From NCBI GenBank assembly GCA_050693275.1, contig JBOGWD010000308.1, positions 1-44,738 of the forward strand: DNA of 44,738 bases. Reading direction: 5' to 3'. Position 1 is the stretch's first letter, and every line of letters starts with the position of its first letter. Position numbers and translations under genes: made by a program. The DNA is from Actinomycetota bacterium. GTDB lineage: Bacteria; Actinomycetota; UBA4738; CALAEC01. Positions 34,974-43,037 of this stretch are shown here, one piece after another. The notes under the pieces were generated by a model, which was not told the origin of the DNA, made no database searches, and was given only the letters and a program-made list of their open reading frames with translations.

Positions 34974-34975
34974 CG
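34961..34975 (+). repeat. 15-bp direct repeat, copy 1 (3' end of the tRNA-like gene); att-like
   Basis: CCTGCCGGGGGCACG, identical to 36801-36815. Confidence 0.6.
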
Positions 34976-34984
34976 TTGCACATC

Positions 34985-35392
34985 TGCGCATTTGGCTGTG
35001 TCGTCCTTCTCTCCGAAGTCCGCGCGGACCACCTCCGGCCTCGGCAACGGCTTCGCTCAGTGAGTCCTCGCTGATCTAGGCCCGGACGTGGCCCGGTGGG
35101 TGGCGGCCTCCTAGCCGGACCTCCAGCCTGAAGGTCTCGAACAGCCGGCGGAGCGACTCAGCTGGCGCGGAAGAGGTCCACCGGCCTAGCGGGAGCTCGT
35201 CCAGGAGGACCGCCGCCCCCGGTCCGGTACCGCCTCCTCCCGCTCCAAGGCCTCCAGCTTCTCGAGCTTCGCACAGCGCTCTTCCTCAAGCTCGCCGAGG
35301 CGCTCCCGGACCCGGTTGAACACGTGGCAGCTGGGGTCGTCGTCGAGCTCCAGGCTTCGGATGGGTCGCTGCTCCCGCAGCTCCAGGCTTGG
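34985..35392 (-). pseudogene. Recombinase/integrase gene remnant (C-terminal region, possibly large-serine-recombinase-like), broken over three frames
   Basis: Three minus-strand fragments lie in different frames: ...CHVFNRVRERLGELEEERCAKLEKLEALERE...(stop); ...[15 protein letters not shown]...(stop); ...VVRADFGEK.... They are colinear with the coiled-coil and C-terminal tail of actinobacterial recombinases as I recall them. Confidence 0.35.
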
Positions 35393-35600
35393 CTATCCTT
35401 GTGTTCCGCCCCGGTTGTCATGTGCCGCGCGGTGGCCCGGCATCGGTCGCGCGAGGGTCCAGGACCGCATGCAACGAGGTGACGGCGACTCTCCCATTGA
35501 CGTCCTCGGGGCTCGTTGTTACGGTTTCGCGGTCCCGGAGAGAGCGCGGGTGGCGCAGGGTCGTCTGCCGACGAATAACCGGGAAAGGGAGGAACCGCGA

Positions 35601-36188
35601 ATGAAGAAGCGCAGCTCGTTTCGCTCTTCCCTGTTGCGGGGACTGGGCACTGTCGCGGCCCTGATGATTGCGGCCGGGGCGATCAGCCCGGCGTTTGGTG
35701 CCGCGCCTTTGACCAAAGCCAAGGTGAAGGCGATCGCCAAGAGGGTGGCTAACCAGCAGATCACCAATCGAGCGCCAGGCCTCTCGGTGGCAAACGCGAA
35801 CGCGCTTGAGGGAAAGCCAGCGAGCGCCTTCGCCTCCTCGACCAGCGAGCCGCACCACGAGGTCGGCACCGCCGGCGAGCCATCATTCGGCAGTGGGTGG
35901 GCCAACGACAACCCAGGGACCACTAGTGCTGCGTTCTACAAGGACCCCTTGGGCGTCGTCCACCTGAAAGGGATCGTCAGCGCCAGCAGCGCGGGTTCGA
36001 CGATCTTCACCCTACCCGCCGGCTACCGACCAACCAAGGGCGCCTGCTTCCCGACAGTTCGCGCGGTTCCGGTGCTCTCGTCGGCGTACGTCTGTGTCCA
36101 AGTCGGCGGCGCGGTCGACCTCACCGGCGGCGCGGGCGACGGCACTTACCTGCTGGACGGTTTGACCTTCCGCGCGGGAGCGGGCTGA
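35601..36188 (+). CDS. Secreted hypothetical protein, phage tail-fibre-like C-terminal domain
   Basis: RBS GGGAAAGGGAGG then ATG. Signal peptide ends ...SPAFGAAP. Motifs: NANALEGKPASAF, then EPSFGSGWAN...AAFYKDPLGVVHLKG...IFTLPAGYRP. Confidence 0.65.
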   Translation: MKKRSSFRSSLLRGLGTVAALMIAAGAISPAFGAAPLTKAKVKAIAKRVANQQITNRAPGLSVANANALEGKPASAFASSTSEPHHEVGTAGEPSFGSGWANDNPGTTSAAFYKDPLGVVHLKGIVSASSAGSTIFTLPAGYRPTKGACFPTVRAVPVLSSAYVCVQVGGAVDLTGGAGDGTYLLDGLTFRAGAG

Positions 36189-36268
36189 GTCATCGGGGCG
36201 GTGGCCGCGCTGCTGCTTGCTCAGATGGAGCGCGGGAGGGCGCCACGAGCATAGGTTGCCAAAGGTTG

Positions 36269-36299
36269 GGCGGGAATGGGTTCGATTCCCGTCCGCGGG
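36269..36299 (+). other. tRNA 3'-end-like fragment (T-arm plus acceptor strand), not foldable into a full tRNA
   Basis: ATGGG-TTCGATT-CCCGT then CCGCGGGG. No complementary 5' acceptor strand or anticodon stem could be found upstream. Confidence 0.4.
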
Positions 36300-36343
36300 G
36301 TGCCCAGTCTTGTCTACGGCATTTCCCTGTGACCAGGCGAACC

Positions 36344-36359
36344 ACATACACCGGTGTGT
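36344..36359. repeat. 16-bp near-perfect palindrome
   Basis: CATACACC|GGTGTGTG, with one mismatch. Confidence 0.5.
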
Positions 36360-36414
36360 GTAATTGCGGACGCGGCTGGCAGGTGCCCTCCGGCGCCCCC
36401 TGGTGGGCGCGGAG

Positions 36415-36460
36415 GAATCGTGGAGTCAACGGGTGGAGCCGCGTGGAGAAATCGTGGAGT
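36415..36460 (+). repeat. Four phased GTGGAG boxes, including a 12-bp exact direct repeat
   Basis: AATCGTGGAGTC occurs at 36415-36426 and 36449-36460. GTGGAG begins at about 36420, 36432, 36443 and 36454, an 11-12 bp phase. Confidence 0.6.
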
Positions 36461-36624
36461 CTCCCCGAGTCGCCGAAGGCCGAAGGAACCAGCCTCTAAT
36501 CGTCCCCAGCAGACGCGGAAGCACTCCCGCGGCTGACTGCCCGCCATGAGACTCGCCCCCATGAGCCAGGACCGACCGGGACCTTCTCGCCGCGCTTGCT
36601 CAGGTTCGTATGCGTTTGGGTCCG

Positions 36625-36701
36625 CCTCCGCCGTCGGGAATCGAACCCGTGACGGGATGACATCACGAAGCCGCAAACCGGCCCCGAGAATCACGCGGCG
36701 C
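36625..36701 (-). other. Second tRNA-like fragment in inverted orientation
   Basis: Minus strand: ACGGG-TTCGATT-CCCGA then CGGCGGAG. A 5' strand TGCGCCG pairs at 6 of 7 positions, but no anticodon or D arm can be drawn. Confidence 0.3.
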
Positions 36702-36800
36702 AGACGGCCGACCAGCCCTGGCGGTGGGAACGACGAAGCTCCCAACGACAACCAGCCCGTGCAAAACCCGCAGGTCGCAACCGCGCAGATGTGTGAGGTG

Positions 36801-36815
36801 CCCTGCCGGGGGCAC
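36801..36815 (+). repeat. 15-bp direct repeat, copy 2; att-like
   Basis: CCTGCCGGGGGCACG, identical to the tRNA-like 3' end at 34961-34975. Confidence 0.6.
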
Positions 36816-36817
36816 GC

Positions 36818-37434
36818 CTGTGTTGTGTCGGGACATCGTGGACGGATGTCTCGGGACATCGTAGACACCTCGCTCACGCCTGCCGCTGGTAGTCCCGGGT
36901 CGGGTCCAGGGTCAGGTGCCGCAGGAGCTCCCCATCCTCGGTGAGCACCCGGACGTCCAGCCCGTCGATCAGCAGGATCACCCGCCTGCCCTTGTGGCTC
37001 CGTCCGACCCCGATGTGGTGCAGGCGCGTCCGGTGGCGAAGGGTGACGATCCCGACCTTGTCGATCCGGTCCCTGCGGACCCGCATCCCCTTTCCCGTCC
37101 TAATCTTGGGCCCTGAGGGTCTGGCCTTGTCCCTCGCATCGAAGGCGGACCTGGGGGTCCGCCGCCCTACCCCCCGGTGGGGCCGGATCTCGTCGTAGTA
37201 GGTCACGAACCGGTCCACCTGGGTCTGGAGCTCGGGGATCGAGGCAGGCTTCGGCTGACGGGCGAGGTACGCCTTCATGGTCTGGTGGAAGCGCTCCACC
37301 TTGCCGCAGGTCTGTGGGTGGTAGGGGCTCGAGTGACGGTAGGCGATCCCCCGGGAAAGCAGCTCGGTCTGCATCAGGTTGGGCCCTCCCCGGTGCCAGG
37401 TCGTGTAGACACACCCGTTGTCGGTGAGCAGCGC
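36818..37434 (-). mobile_element. IS481-family insertion sequence remnant: 3' two-thirds of the transposase (rve/DDE core from the TDNG motif onward) plus the probable right end
   Basis: LLTDNGCVYTT...SSPYHPQTCGKVERFHQTMK...YYDEIRPHRGVGRRTP...RVRRDRIDKVGIVTLR...IGVGR...LDVRV...GELLR.LTLDP.RDYQ. The N-terminal HTH and first catalytic Asp are absent. The outer end reads TGTGTTGTGTCGGGACATCG, with a subterminal repeat TCGGGACATCGT(G/A)GAC at 36827-36842 and 36850-36865. Confidence 0.75.
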
Positions 37435-37439
37435 CGCAG

Positions 37440-37655
37440 GTTCTTCGCCTTCCGGCTCACCGTCTCGGTTTCCACGTACAGCTCGTCGCCGACCACGATC
37501 GGCCAGATCAGGCCGCGTCGGACGTCCCGTCGAGGTTGATCGGCGCCAGCACCCCGATCGTCTCCTCCCAGCAGCCTGCGGAGCTCCTCCCGGTCCAGCG
37601 AGATGTCGTACTCCGTTGGCGCGGCTTCCCAAACACTTCCCCAGCCCTCCGTAGA
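37440..37655 (-). pseudogene. 5' fragment of a PPOX-class (pyridoxamine-5'-phosphate-oxidase-like, possibly F420-dependent) gene, frameshifted and truncated at the IS junction
   Basis: LDREELRRLLGG / ETIGVLAPINLDGTSDAA / LIWPIVVGDELYVETETVSRKAKNLRR is readable only by switching frames twice. It ends abruptly where the transposase frame begins, near 37435. Confidence 0.45.
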
Positions 37656-37659
37656 ACGC

Positions 37660-38673
37660 CTACGAGATAGCGGTTCGCCGGAAGGGGTTCAGGACTTCTT
37701 CGGCGAAGAAGCGGACCTGCTCCTCGTACTCTTCGCGGGACTCCACGCAGAACGTGATGCACGCCAAGTGATCCACGCCAGCACGGGCCAGCCGTTCGAG
37801 CTTCCCGACCACCACCTCTGGGCTCCCGATCAAGTTGTTGTCCATAGCCAGGTCAGGGTTCCGACCCGTGTAGGCCAGCGATTGACGGTGCTGGACCATC
37901 CCGCTCTCGAGGTAGTGCTTCGTCGCCTCCTCGTGCGTGGGCGCCACCAGACACGAGAGCTGGGGCGCCACGATCAGGGAAGCCGGGTCGCGGCCGACCG
38001 CCTCGGCCTTATTCCGCAGCAGGCGAATCCACTCCTCGAGCTCGTCGAACGGCCTCCACCCCGGGATCCAGCCCTGTCCGTGCGCCACAGCACGGTCCAG
38101 GGCCACCTGCTGATGTCCTCCGACCAGCACCTGGAGCGGCTGCCGAACCGGCTTCGGGTACAGCTCGAGCGAGTCCGTCTGGTAGAAGCGGCCCCTGTAG
38201 GTGACTGATTCCTCGGTGCTCAGGAGCTTCAAGAGCTCCACCCCCTCCTCGAGGAGCTCGCCGCGGTTCTTCCCGACGAGGTCCGGGCGGGCCGCCGCGT
38301 ACTCCTCCTGGTACGCACCGATCCCCACTCCCAGCAAGAGCCGCCCGCCACTCAGGTGATCCAGGGTCACAGCCTGCTTGGCGACCACCACCGGGTTCCG
38401 CATCGGCAAGACCAGCACGGCCGTGCCGAGCTCCACACGGCTGGTCACCGAGGCCACCGCGGCGAGGACCGTCAGCACTTCGTAGAAGTTCGGCGCCTTC
38501 CCGTGCGCCTTCCGCACGTAGTCCTGCGGCGCGTAGTGATCGTTGCCCCACACTGAGTCGTAGCCCAGGTCCTCAGCGAGTCGGGCCATGGTCAAGAAGT
38601 CCCCGGGCCGGAAGAACGGGACCGGGTTGATCAGACCTTCCATCCCCGTGGGCAGCCCGATGCCGAACTTCAC
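37660..38673 (-). CDS. LLM-class (luciferase-like) flavin/F420-dependent oxidoreductase
   Basis: MKFGIGLP...DSVWGNDHY...LGTAVLVLPMRNPVVVAKQAVTLDHLSGGRLLLGVGIG. Confidence 0.88.
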   Translation of the reverse strand: MKFGIGLPTGMEGLINPVPFFRPGDFLTMARLAEDLGYDSVWGNDHYAPQDYVRKAHGKAPNFYEVLTVLAAVASVTSRVELGTAVLVLPMRNPVVVAKQAVTLDHLSGGRLLLGVGIGAYQEEYAAARPDLVGKNRGELLEEGVELLKLLSTEESVTYRGRFYQTDSLELYPKPVRQPLQVLVGGHQQVALDRAVAHGQGWIPGWRPFDELEEWIRLLRNKAEAVGRDPASLIVAPQLSCLVAPTHEEATKHYLESGMVQHRQSLAYTGRNPDLAMDNNLIGSPEVVVGKLERLARAGVDHLACITFCVESREEYEEQVRFFAEEVLNPFRRTAIS

Positions 38674-39953
38674 GGCCCGTCCCCTTCGCTCCGGCCGTCC
38701 ACCATCTCGCCTACCAGGCGGGAGAACTCTTCGACCCCGGTGACCATGGGCGGCTGGAGCTCGGTGAGGCCGAGGGCAGCCACGCTCTTCACCCCGGCGG
38801 AGGTGGACACCACGACCACCTCGGCGTCGAGAGCAACCGCGCCGTCGGCCACGTCGGCCCGGAGAGCGGCCAGTCCGGCCGCCGACGCCGCCTCCACGAA
38901 CAGGCCTTCCGTGGCCACCAGCAGACGCTGGGCCTCCACGATCTCCTCTTCCGAGACCTGCCGCACCGCGCCCCCGCTCGATCGCACCGCGTGCAGGGCC
39001 TGGTAGGTGCTCTGGGCCGTGGCGATGGACGAGGCCACCGTGGGGCGGTCCACCGGCACGGCCTCGAGGCGATCCTCCGAACCCTGGAGGGCCGCCGACA
39101 GCGACCCGTAGACCTCCCCACCGCAGAACCGGGGAACCTCAGAGAACCCCATCTCCTCGAGCTCGCGGAACGCCTTGTAGACGCCGAACAGACCGTCCCC
39201 GTACCCCACTGGGAGGTAGATGGCGTCGGGCGCCCGGTAACCGAGCTGCTCCCAGACCTCGAGACCCAGGGCCTTGTAGCCGTCCACCAGCCGCGGGTCG
39301 ACGCCAACGGGCGGATCAGCGAAATTGCTGTTGGGGAAGAGCCCGAGCTCCTCCACCCCGTGGCGCATGAGGACCCACCGGTCCTTCTTCGTCGGCGTGG
39401 CCACCACCGGGATGCCGAACCCCTGGACCAGGCCGGCCATGACCGGGTCGACCCCAACGGCGAACAGCACGACGGCGGGAAGGCCTGCGGCCCGGGCGTA
39501 CGCTGCGGTGGCGGCGGCCGCGTTGCCGGTCGAGGACACCACGAGCCCCGCGGCCCCCTCCCGCCGGGCCATCGATGCGGCCATCGAGGCGGCCCGGTCC
39601 TTGAACGACCACGTGGGGTTGCGCGACTCGTCCTTGATCCACACCCGCCGGACGCCGAGCTCCAGGGCCAGGCGTGGCGCGGGAAGCAGCGGCGTTCCTC
39701 CCTCTCCAAGCGTAATCGCCTCTTCGGCCTCGACGGGGAGCAGCTCCCTGTACCGGAGCGGTCCAGGCGGCCGCCGGACCAGGTCCTCAGCGCGGAGCGT
39801 TCGGGCCGCGGCCTCCAGGTCGTACACCGTGGTCAGCGAGGCCGGGGCGCCCTCGTCGGCGCACCGGGCGCACCCCGTGGCGGGGTGTCCGCCCTCGGGC
39901 GCCCGCCTGCAGCGAAGGCACTCGAGGCCGACGAGGGTGGAGCCAACCGCCAC
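38670..39953 (-). CDS. Threonine-synthase-like PLP-dependent enzyme (tryptophan-synthase beta fold) with an N-terminal Cys4 ribbon
   Basis: CLRC...CARC N-terminus. PLP lysine motif NPTWSFKDRAA. Also SSTGNAAAA. Confidence 0.82.
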   Translation of the reverse strand: MAVGSTLVGLECLRCRRAPEGGHPATGCARCADEGAPASLTTVYDLEAAARTLRAEDLVRRPPGPLRYRELLPVEAEEAITLGEGGTPLLPAPRLALELGVRRVWIKDESRNPTWSFKDRAASMAASMARREGAAGLVVSSTGNAAAATAAYARAAGLPAVVLFAVGVDPVMAGLVQGFGIPVVATPTKKDRWVLMRHGVEELGLFPNSNFADPPVGVDPRLVDGYKALGLEVWEQLGYRAPDAIYLPVGYGDGLFGVYKAFRELEEMGFSEVPRFCGGEVYGSLSAALQGSEDRLEAVPVDRPTVASSIATAQSTYQALHAVRSSGGAVRQVSEEEIVEAQRLLVATEGLFVEAASAAGLAALRADVADGAVALDAEVVVVSTSAGVKSVAALGLTELQPPMVTGVEEFSRLVGEMVDGRSEGDGP

Positions 39954-41114
39954 TCAGCCGATGACCTCCAGGCGTCGGCTCGAGTGGGACAGGAACTCGA
40001 ACCCGTCGTCCGTGATCACCACCATGTCCTCGACCTGGAGGCCCACCTTGCCGACCTCGTAGTAGGGCGTCTCCACGCACAGCACCGTGCCGGGCTCGAT
40101 CACGGTGTGGTCGTCCGGAGCGAGCAGCGGCTTGTCGTAGCCCCCGGCGATCCCGATCCCGTGGCCCACATGGGTCCGCTCATAGTGAGGGATGCCGGCT
40201 CCGCGCACAGCGGCCACCGCCGCATCGAATAGGTCGGAGGCCCGCACTCCCGGGCGCAGCACGTCGAGCGCCGCCTGCTCGCCGAGCAGGAGCGCTTCGT
40301 ACTGGGCGCCGATCCCGTCACGCGGAGGGCCCACGGAGAAGCACCGGGCGATGTCGGAGGCGTATCCCCGGTAGATCGCCCCCACGTCGTAGCGGACGAT
40401 GCTCCCCTCCCGGACCCGATCCGCCGGCATGTTCACGTTGCCCAGAGCCGCACCCTCGTCGATCGACACGTTGTCCGCACGGACCCCGGCTCCTCGGGTG
40501 ACCACAGCGCTGGCGTAGACGCCGGCGATCTCCGCCTGGGTGGCCCCCGGCCGGATGGCTTCCACGCTCGCGGCGATGGCCTCCTCGGTGATCCTCGCGG
40601 AGGTCCGTAGCCGGACGACCTCTTCAGGTGTCTTCACCATGCGTAGGCGCAGGAAGACGTACGGATCGGCGGTGACCTTCAGCCCGGGTGCAGCATCCTG
40701 AAGTCCCGGGATCGCCTCGACCGGAACGTCGGCGATCACCGCCGACGCCCCCCCGCCCTCCAGCACCGAGGCCGTCACCTCGCCCGGTCCCTGGCCCCAC
40801 CGGATCCCCTGGTGCAGGCGCCGCACCGTGGCCTCGCGCTCGGTCAGGTCCTCAGTGAAGTATCGATAGAAGTTCCCGTACGCGATCACCTCGACGGAGG
40901 GATCGGGGTCTTCCAGCACGAAGTCGATGTTGGCGGCCGGGAGGAGGAGGGTGGGACGGTCCGGGGCCTCGGCGGTGAGCACCGCCAGCGCACCAGCCGC
41001 CTTCCGGAATCGCGTGAGATAGAGGACGTTCTGGGGAAGAGTGGCCAACAGCGCGGCCACCCCCGCCTCCTCGAGCGCCGCACGGACGCGGCCGACGTCG
41101 TAGAGGGGCGCCAT
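39954..41114 (-). CDS. M24-family metallohydrolase (Xaa-Pro peptidase/creatinase-like)
   Basis: Creatinase-like N-terminal domain, then pita-bread metal ligands in context: YDVGAIYRGYASD, HVGHGIG, VLCVETP, LQVEDMVVIT. Confidence 0.85.
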   Translation of the reverse strand: MAPLYDVGRVRAALEEAGVAALLATLPQNVLYLTRFRKAAGALAVLTAEAPDRPTLLLPAANIDFVLEDPDPSVEVIAYGNFYRYFTEDLTEREATVRRLHQGIRWGQGPGEVTASVLEGGGASAVIADVPVEAIPGLQDAAPGLKVTADPYVFLRLRMVKTPEEVVRLRTSARITEEAIAASVEAIRPGATQAEIAGVYASAVVTRGAGVRADNVSIDEGAALGNVNMPADRVREGSIVRYDVGAIYRGYASDIARCFSVGPPRDGIGAQYEALLLGEQAALDVLRPGVRASDLFDAAVAAVRGAGIPHYERTHVGHGIGIAGGYDKPLLAPDDHTVIEPGTVLCVETPYYEVGKVGLQVEDMVVITDDGFEFLSHSSRRLEVIG

Positions 41115-41116
41115 CG

Positions 41117-42160
41117 CTACGATCCCGGGGGTGCGAGCTCACCGACGGTCGGGAGGATGTCGGTGGCGAGAGCCCGCACCGCATCCTCCAGGCTCTGGTC
41201 CGAGGTTCGCAGCAGCCAGAACCCCACTTCGTTCACGCCCGCCTCCCGCACCACCTCAGTGACCTGCTCGACCACGGCCTTCGGATGCCCGGTCCACGAG
41301 AAGGCCGCTACCAGCTCGTCGGGGATGAGAGGCGCGGCCTCGGGGATCCGGTCGTAGTCCCGCTCAGCCAGGATCCGCTCGACGGGCTCGGGGACCTCCA
41401 GGCCGGCCCTCTCGACGAACCGACGGTCCGGGTAGCTGGACCACAGCACTTTGGCCAGCATCAGCCGGCTGGCCTCGTACGCTGCCGCCTCGTCCTCGTG
41501 GATACAGGTGTCCACTCGCACCATGGTCCGCACGTCCCGGAGTGACCGGCCGGCTCGGCGGGCCCCCTCCTCCACGATCCCCAACGCCGCCCGAACCTCG
41601 GCGGGCCGAGCGTACGTGGCCACCATCGCTCCGTCCGCCAGCTCGCCGGCCAACCGCAGGGTGTGGTCGCCGCGGCTGGCCACCCAGAGGCGCACGGGGC
41701 TCGGAGGCGTGAAGTGAAGTCGGGCCGCCCGAGCCGTGACCACTTTCCCATCCAAGGTGACCGCCTCGCCCGCCAGCAACGGCTTCATGACCGTGAGCGC
41801 CTCGCGGAGGGCCCGAGCGGGGTGCTCCCGACGGACGCCCATCATGGGGAATCCCGACCCGCCGGCCCCCAGCGCCAGGGTGGCCCGGCCCCCGGAGAGA
41901 TCGGCCACGGTGGCCAGCGACTGGGCAGTGATGACCGGGTGGGCGGCGAAGGGATCGACCACCGCGCCGCCCAGACCGATCCGCTCGGTGACCATCGCGC
42001 TCACCGTCATCCGGACCCACATCTCGCGGTAGAAGCGCTCGTTTGAGTGCCACAGGGTGTCGAACCCGAGCTCCTCGCAGATGGGCGCCAGTCGCCGCCA
42101 CTCCGTCATGTCGACATCGGCCAGGCTGGGCGACGGGAAGCCGACGTGGACGACGGTCAC
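41117..42160 (-). CDS. LLM-class flavin/F420-dependent oxidoreductase (second)
   Basis: FDTLWHSNERFYREMW...IGLGGAVVDPFAAHPVITAQSLATVADLSGGRATLALGAGG. Confidence 0.85.
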   Translation of the reverse strand: MTVVHVGFPSPSLADVDMTEWRRLAPICEELGFDTLWHSNERFYREMWVRMTVSAMVTERIGLGGAVVDPFAAHPVITAQSLATVADLSGGRATLALGAGGSGFPMMGVRREHPARALREALTVMKPLLAGEAVTLDGKVVTARAARLHFTPPSPVRLWVASRGDHTLRLAGELADGAMVATYARPAEVRAALGIVEEGARRAGRSLRDVRTMVRVDTCIHEDEAAAYEASRLMLAKVLWSSYPDRRFVERAGLEVPEPVERILAERDYDRIPEAAPLIPDELVAAFSWTGHPKAVVEQVTEVVREAGVNEVGFWLLRTSDQSLEDAVRALATDILPTVGELAPPGS

Positions 42161-42188
42161 CCCGCCGCCACCTCGGACACGAGGAGGG

Positions 42189-43037
42189 TCACAGCCGGGC
42201 CCTGGGTCGCCAGGCGAAGAGCCTCCGGTCCAGGGTCTGGAAGACCAGCAGCTCGACCAGCACCATGATGATGGTGAAGCTGAAGGTCCACGCGAGCACC
42301 GCCGCGGGCTGGTTGAACGTGAAGAAGAAGTGGATCCGCTCCCCGATCCCGACCGTGCTCGACAGCGCCTCGATCAGCACCACGATCTTCCACGACATGG
42401 CGAAGGCCACGCGCAGCCCGGACATCAGCGAGGGCAGCAGCGCCGGGATCATCACGTGGGCCAGACGCTGCCACCGTGGGAAGCGGTAGGCGGACGACAT
42501 CTCCAAGAGCTCGGGGTCGAGGGCCTTGGCCCCTCCGTAGACCAGCGTCACGACGAACGGCGTCACCACGGCCCACAGCGCGGCCAGGGTGGTCATCTCC
42601 CCAAGGCCCATGGCCAGGATGGCGAACAGGATCACCAGGGGGCCCGGGAGGGCCAGGCCGACGAACACCCACGGATGGAGTGCCGTCTCCACCGTCCAGA
42701 TCCGGCCCATGGCCAGCCCGACCGCGCTGCCCAGCAGGAACGCCCCCCCGGTGCCCAGCAGGACCCGGCGGGCGGTCACCCCGAGGTTTTCAAAGAAGGT
42801 CTCCGTCGCCACCTGCTCGCCGAAGGTCTGGAGGGTGATGAGGGGGTCCGGGAGGAAGCGGAAGAAGAGGCGCGCGGCCAGCCACCAGGCGACGAGTCCG
42901 ACGGCGATGCCCACCAGGGGGGCCAGCCGGAGGCTGGTCCGCGAAGCCCCCACTCCCGCCGGGGGCCGGAGGACCGCGGCGTCTCGCGAACCCTTCAGGG
43001 TGTCTCCTCCTCTGGTGCGTCCTCGTAGAAGCCCCAC
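42189..43037 (-). CDS. ABC transporter permease
   Basis: Polytopic membrane protein with EAA-like loop GGAKALDPELLEMSSAYRFPRW. Start is uncertain: ATG 43037 overlaps the ATPase gene by 43 nt; GTG 42953 is the alternative. Confidence 0.85.
   Translation of the reverse strand: MGLLRGRTRGGDTLKGSRDAAVLRPPAGVGASRTSLRLAPLVGIAVGLVAWWLAARLFFRFLPDPLITLQTFGEQVATETFFENLGVTARRVLLGTGGAFLLGSAVGLAMGRIWTVETALHPWVFVGLALPGPLVILFAILAMGLGEMTTLAALWAVVTPFVVTLVYGGAKALDPELLEMSSAYRFPRWQRLAHVMIPALLPSLMSGLRVAFAMSWKIVVLIEALSSTVGIGERIHFFFTFNQPAAVLAWTFSFTIIMVLVELLVFQTLDRRLFAWRPRARL

Noticed and set aside
34861-34983. N-terminal extension of the sigma-factor ORF ([20 protein letters not shown]...).
   Set aside because: [10 protein letters not shown] is the familiar spurious translation of a tRNA T-arm complement. 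The extension overlaps the tRNA-like sequence, so the start was moved to GTG 34860.
36225-36299. A complete tRNA-Gly(GCC)-type gene suggested by TTGCCAA plus a good T-loop.
   Set aside because: There is no complementary anticodon stem around TTGCCAA, and no 5' acceptor strand matches CCGCGGG. It is kept only as a fragment.
36189-36873. Possibility that the 685-nt non-coding stretch encodes tmRNA, RNase P RNA, SRP RNA or a riboswitch.
   Set aside because: I found no tmRNA GGGG 5' end with a matching 3' acceptor, no RNase P P4 consensus (AGGAAAGTCC / ACAGAA) and no B12-box-like or other riboswitch core on either strand. This needs a covariance-model scan to be sure.
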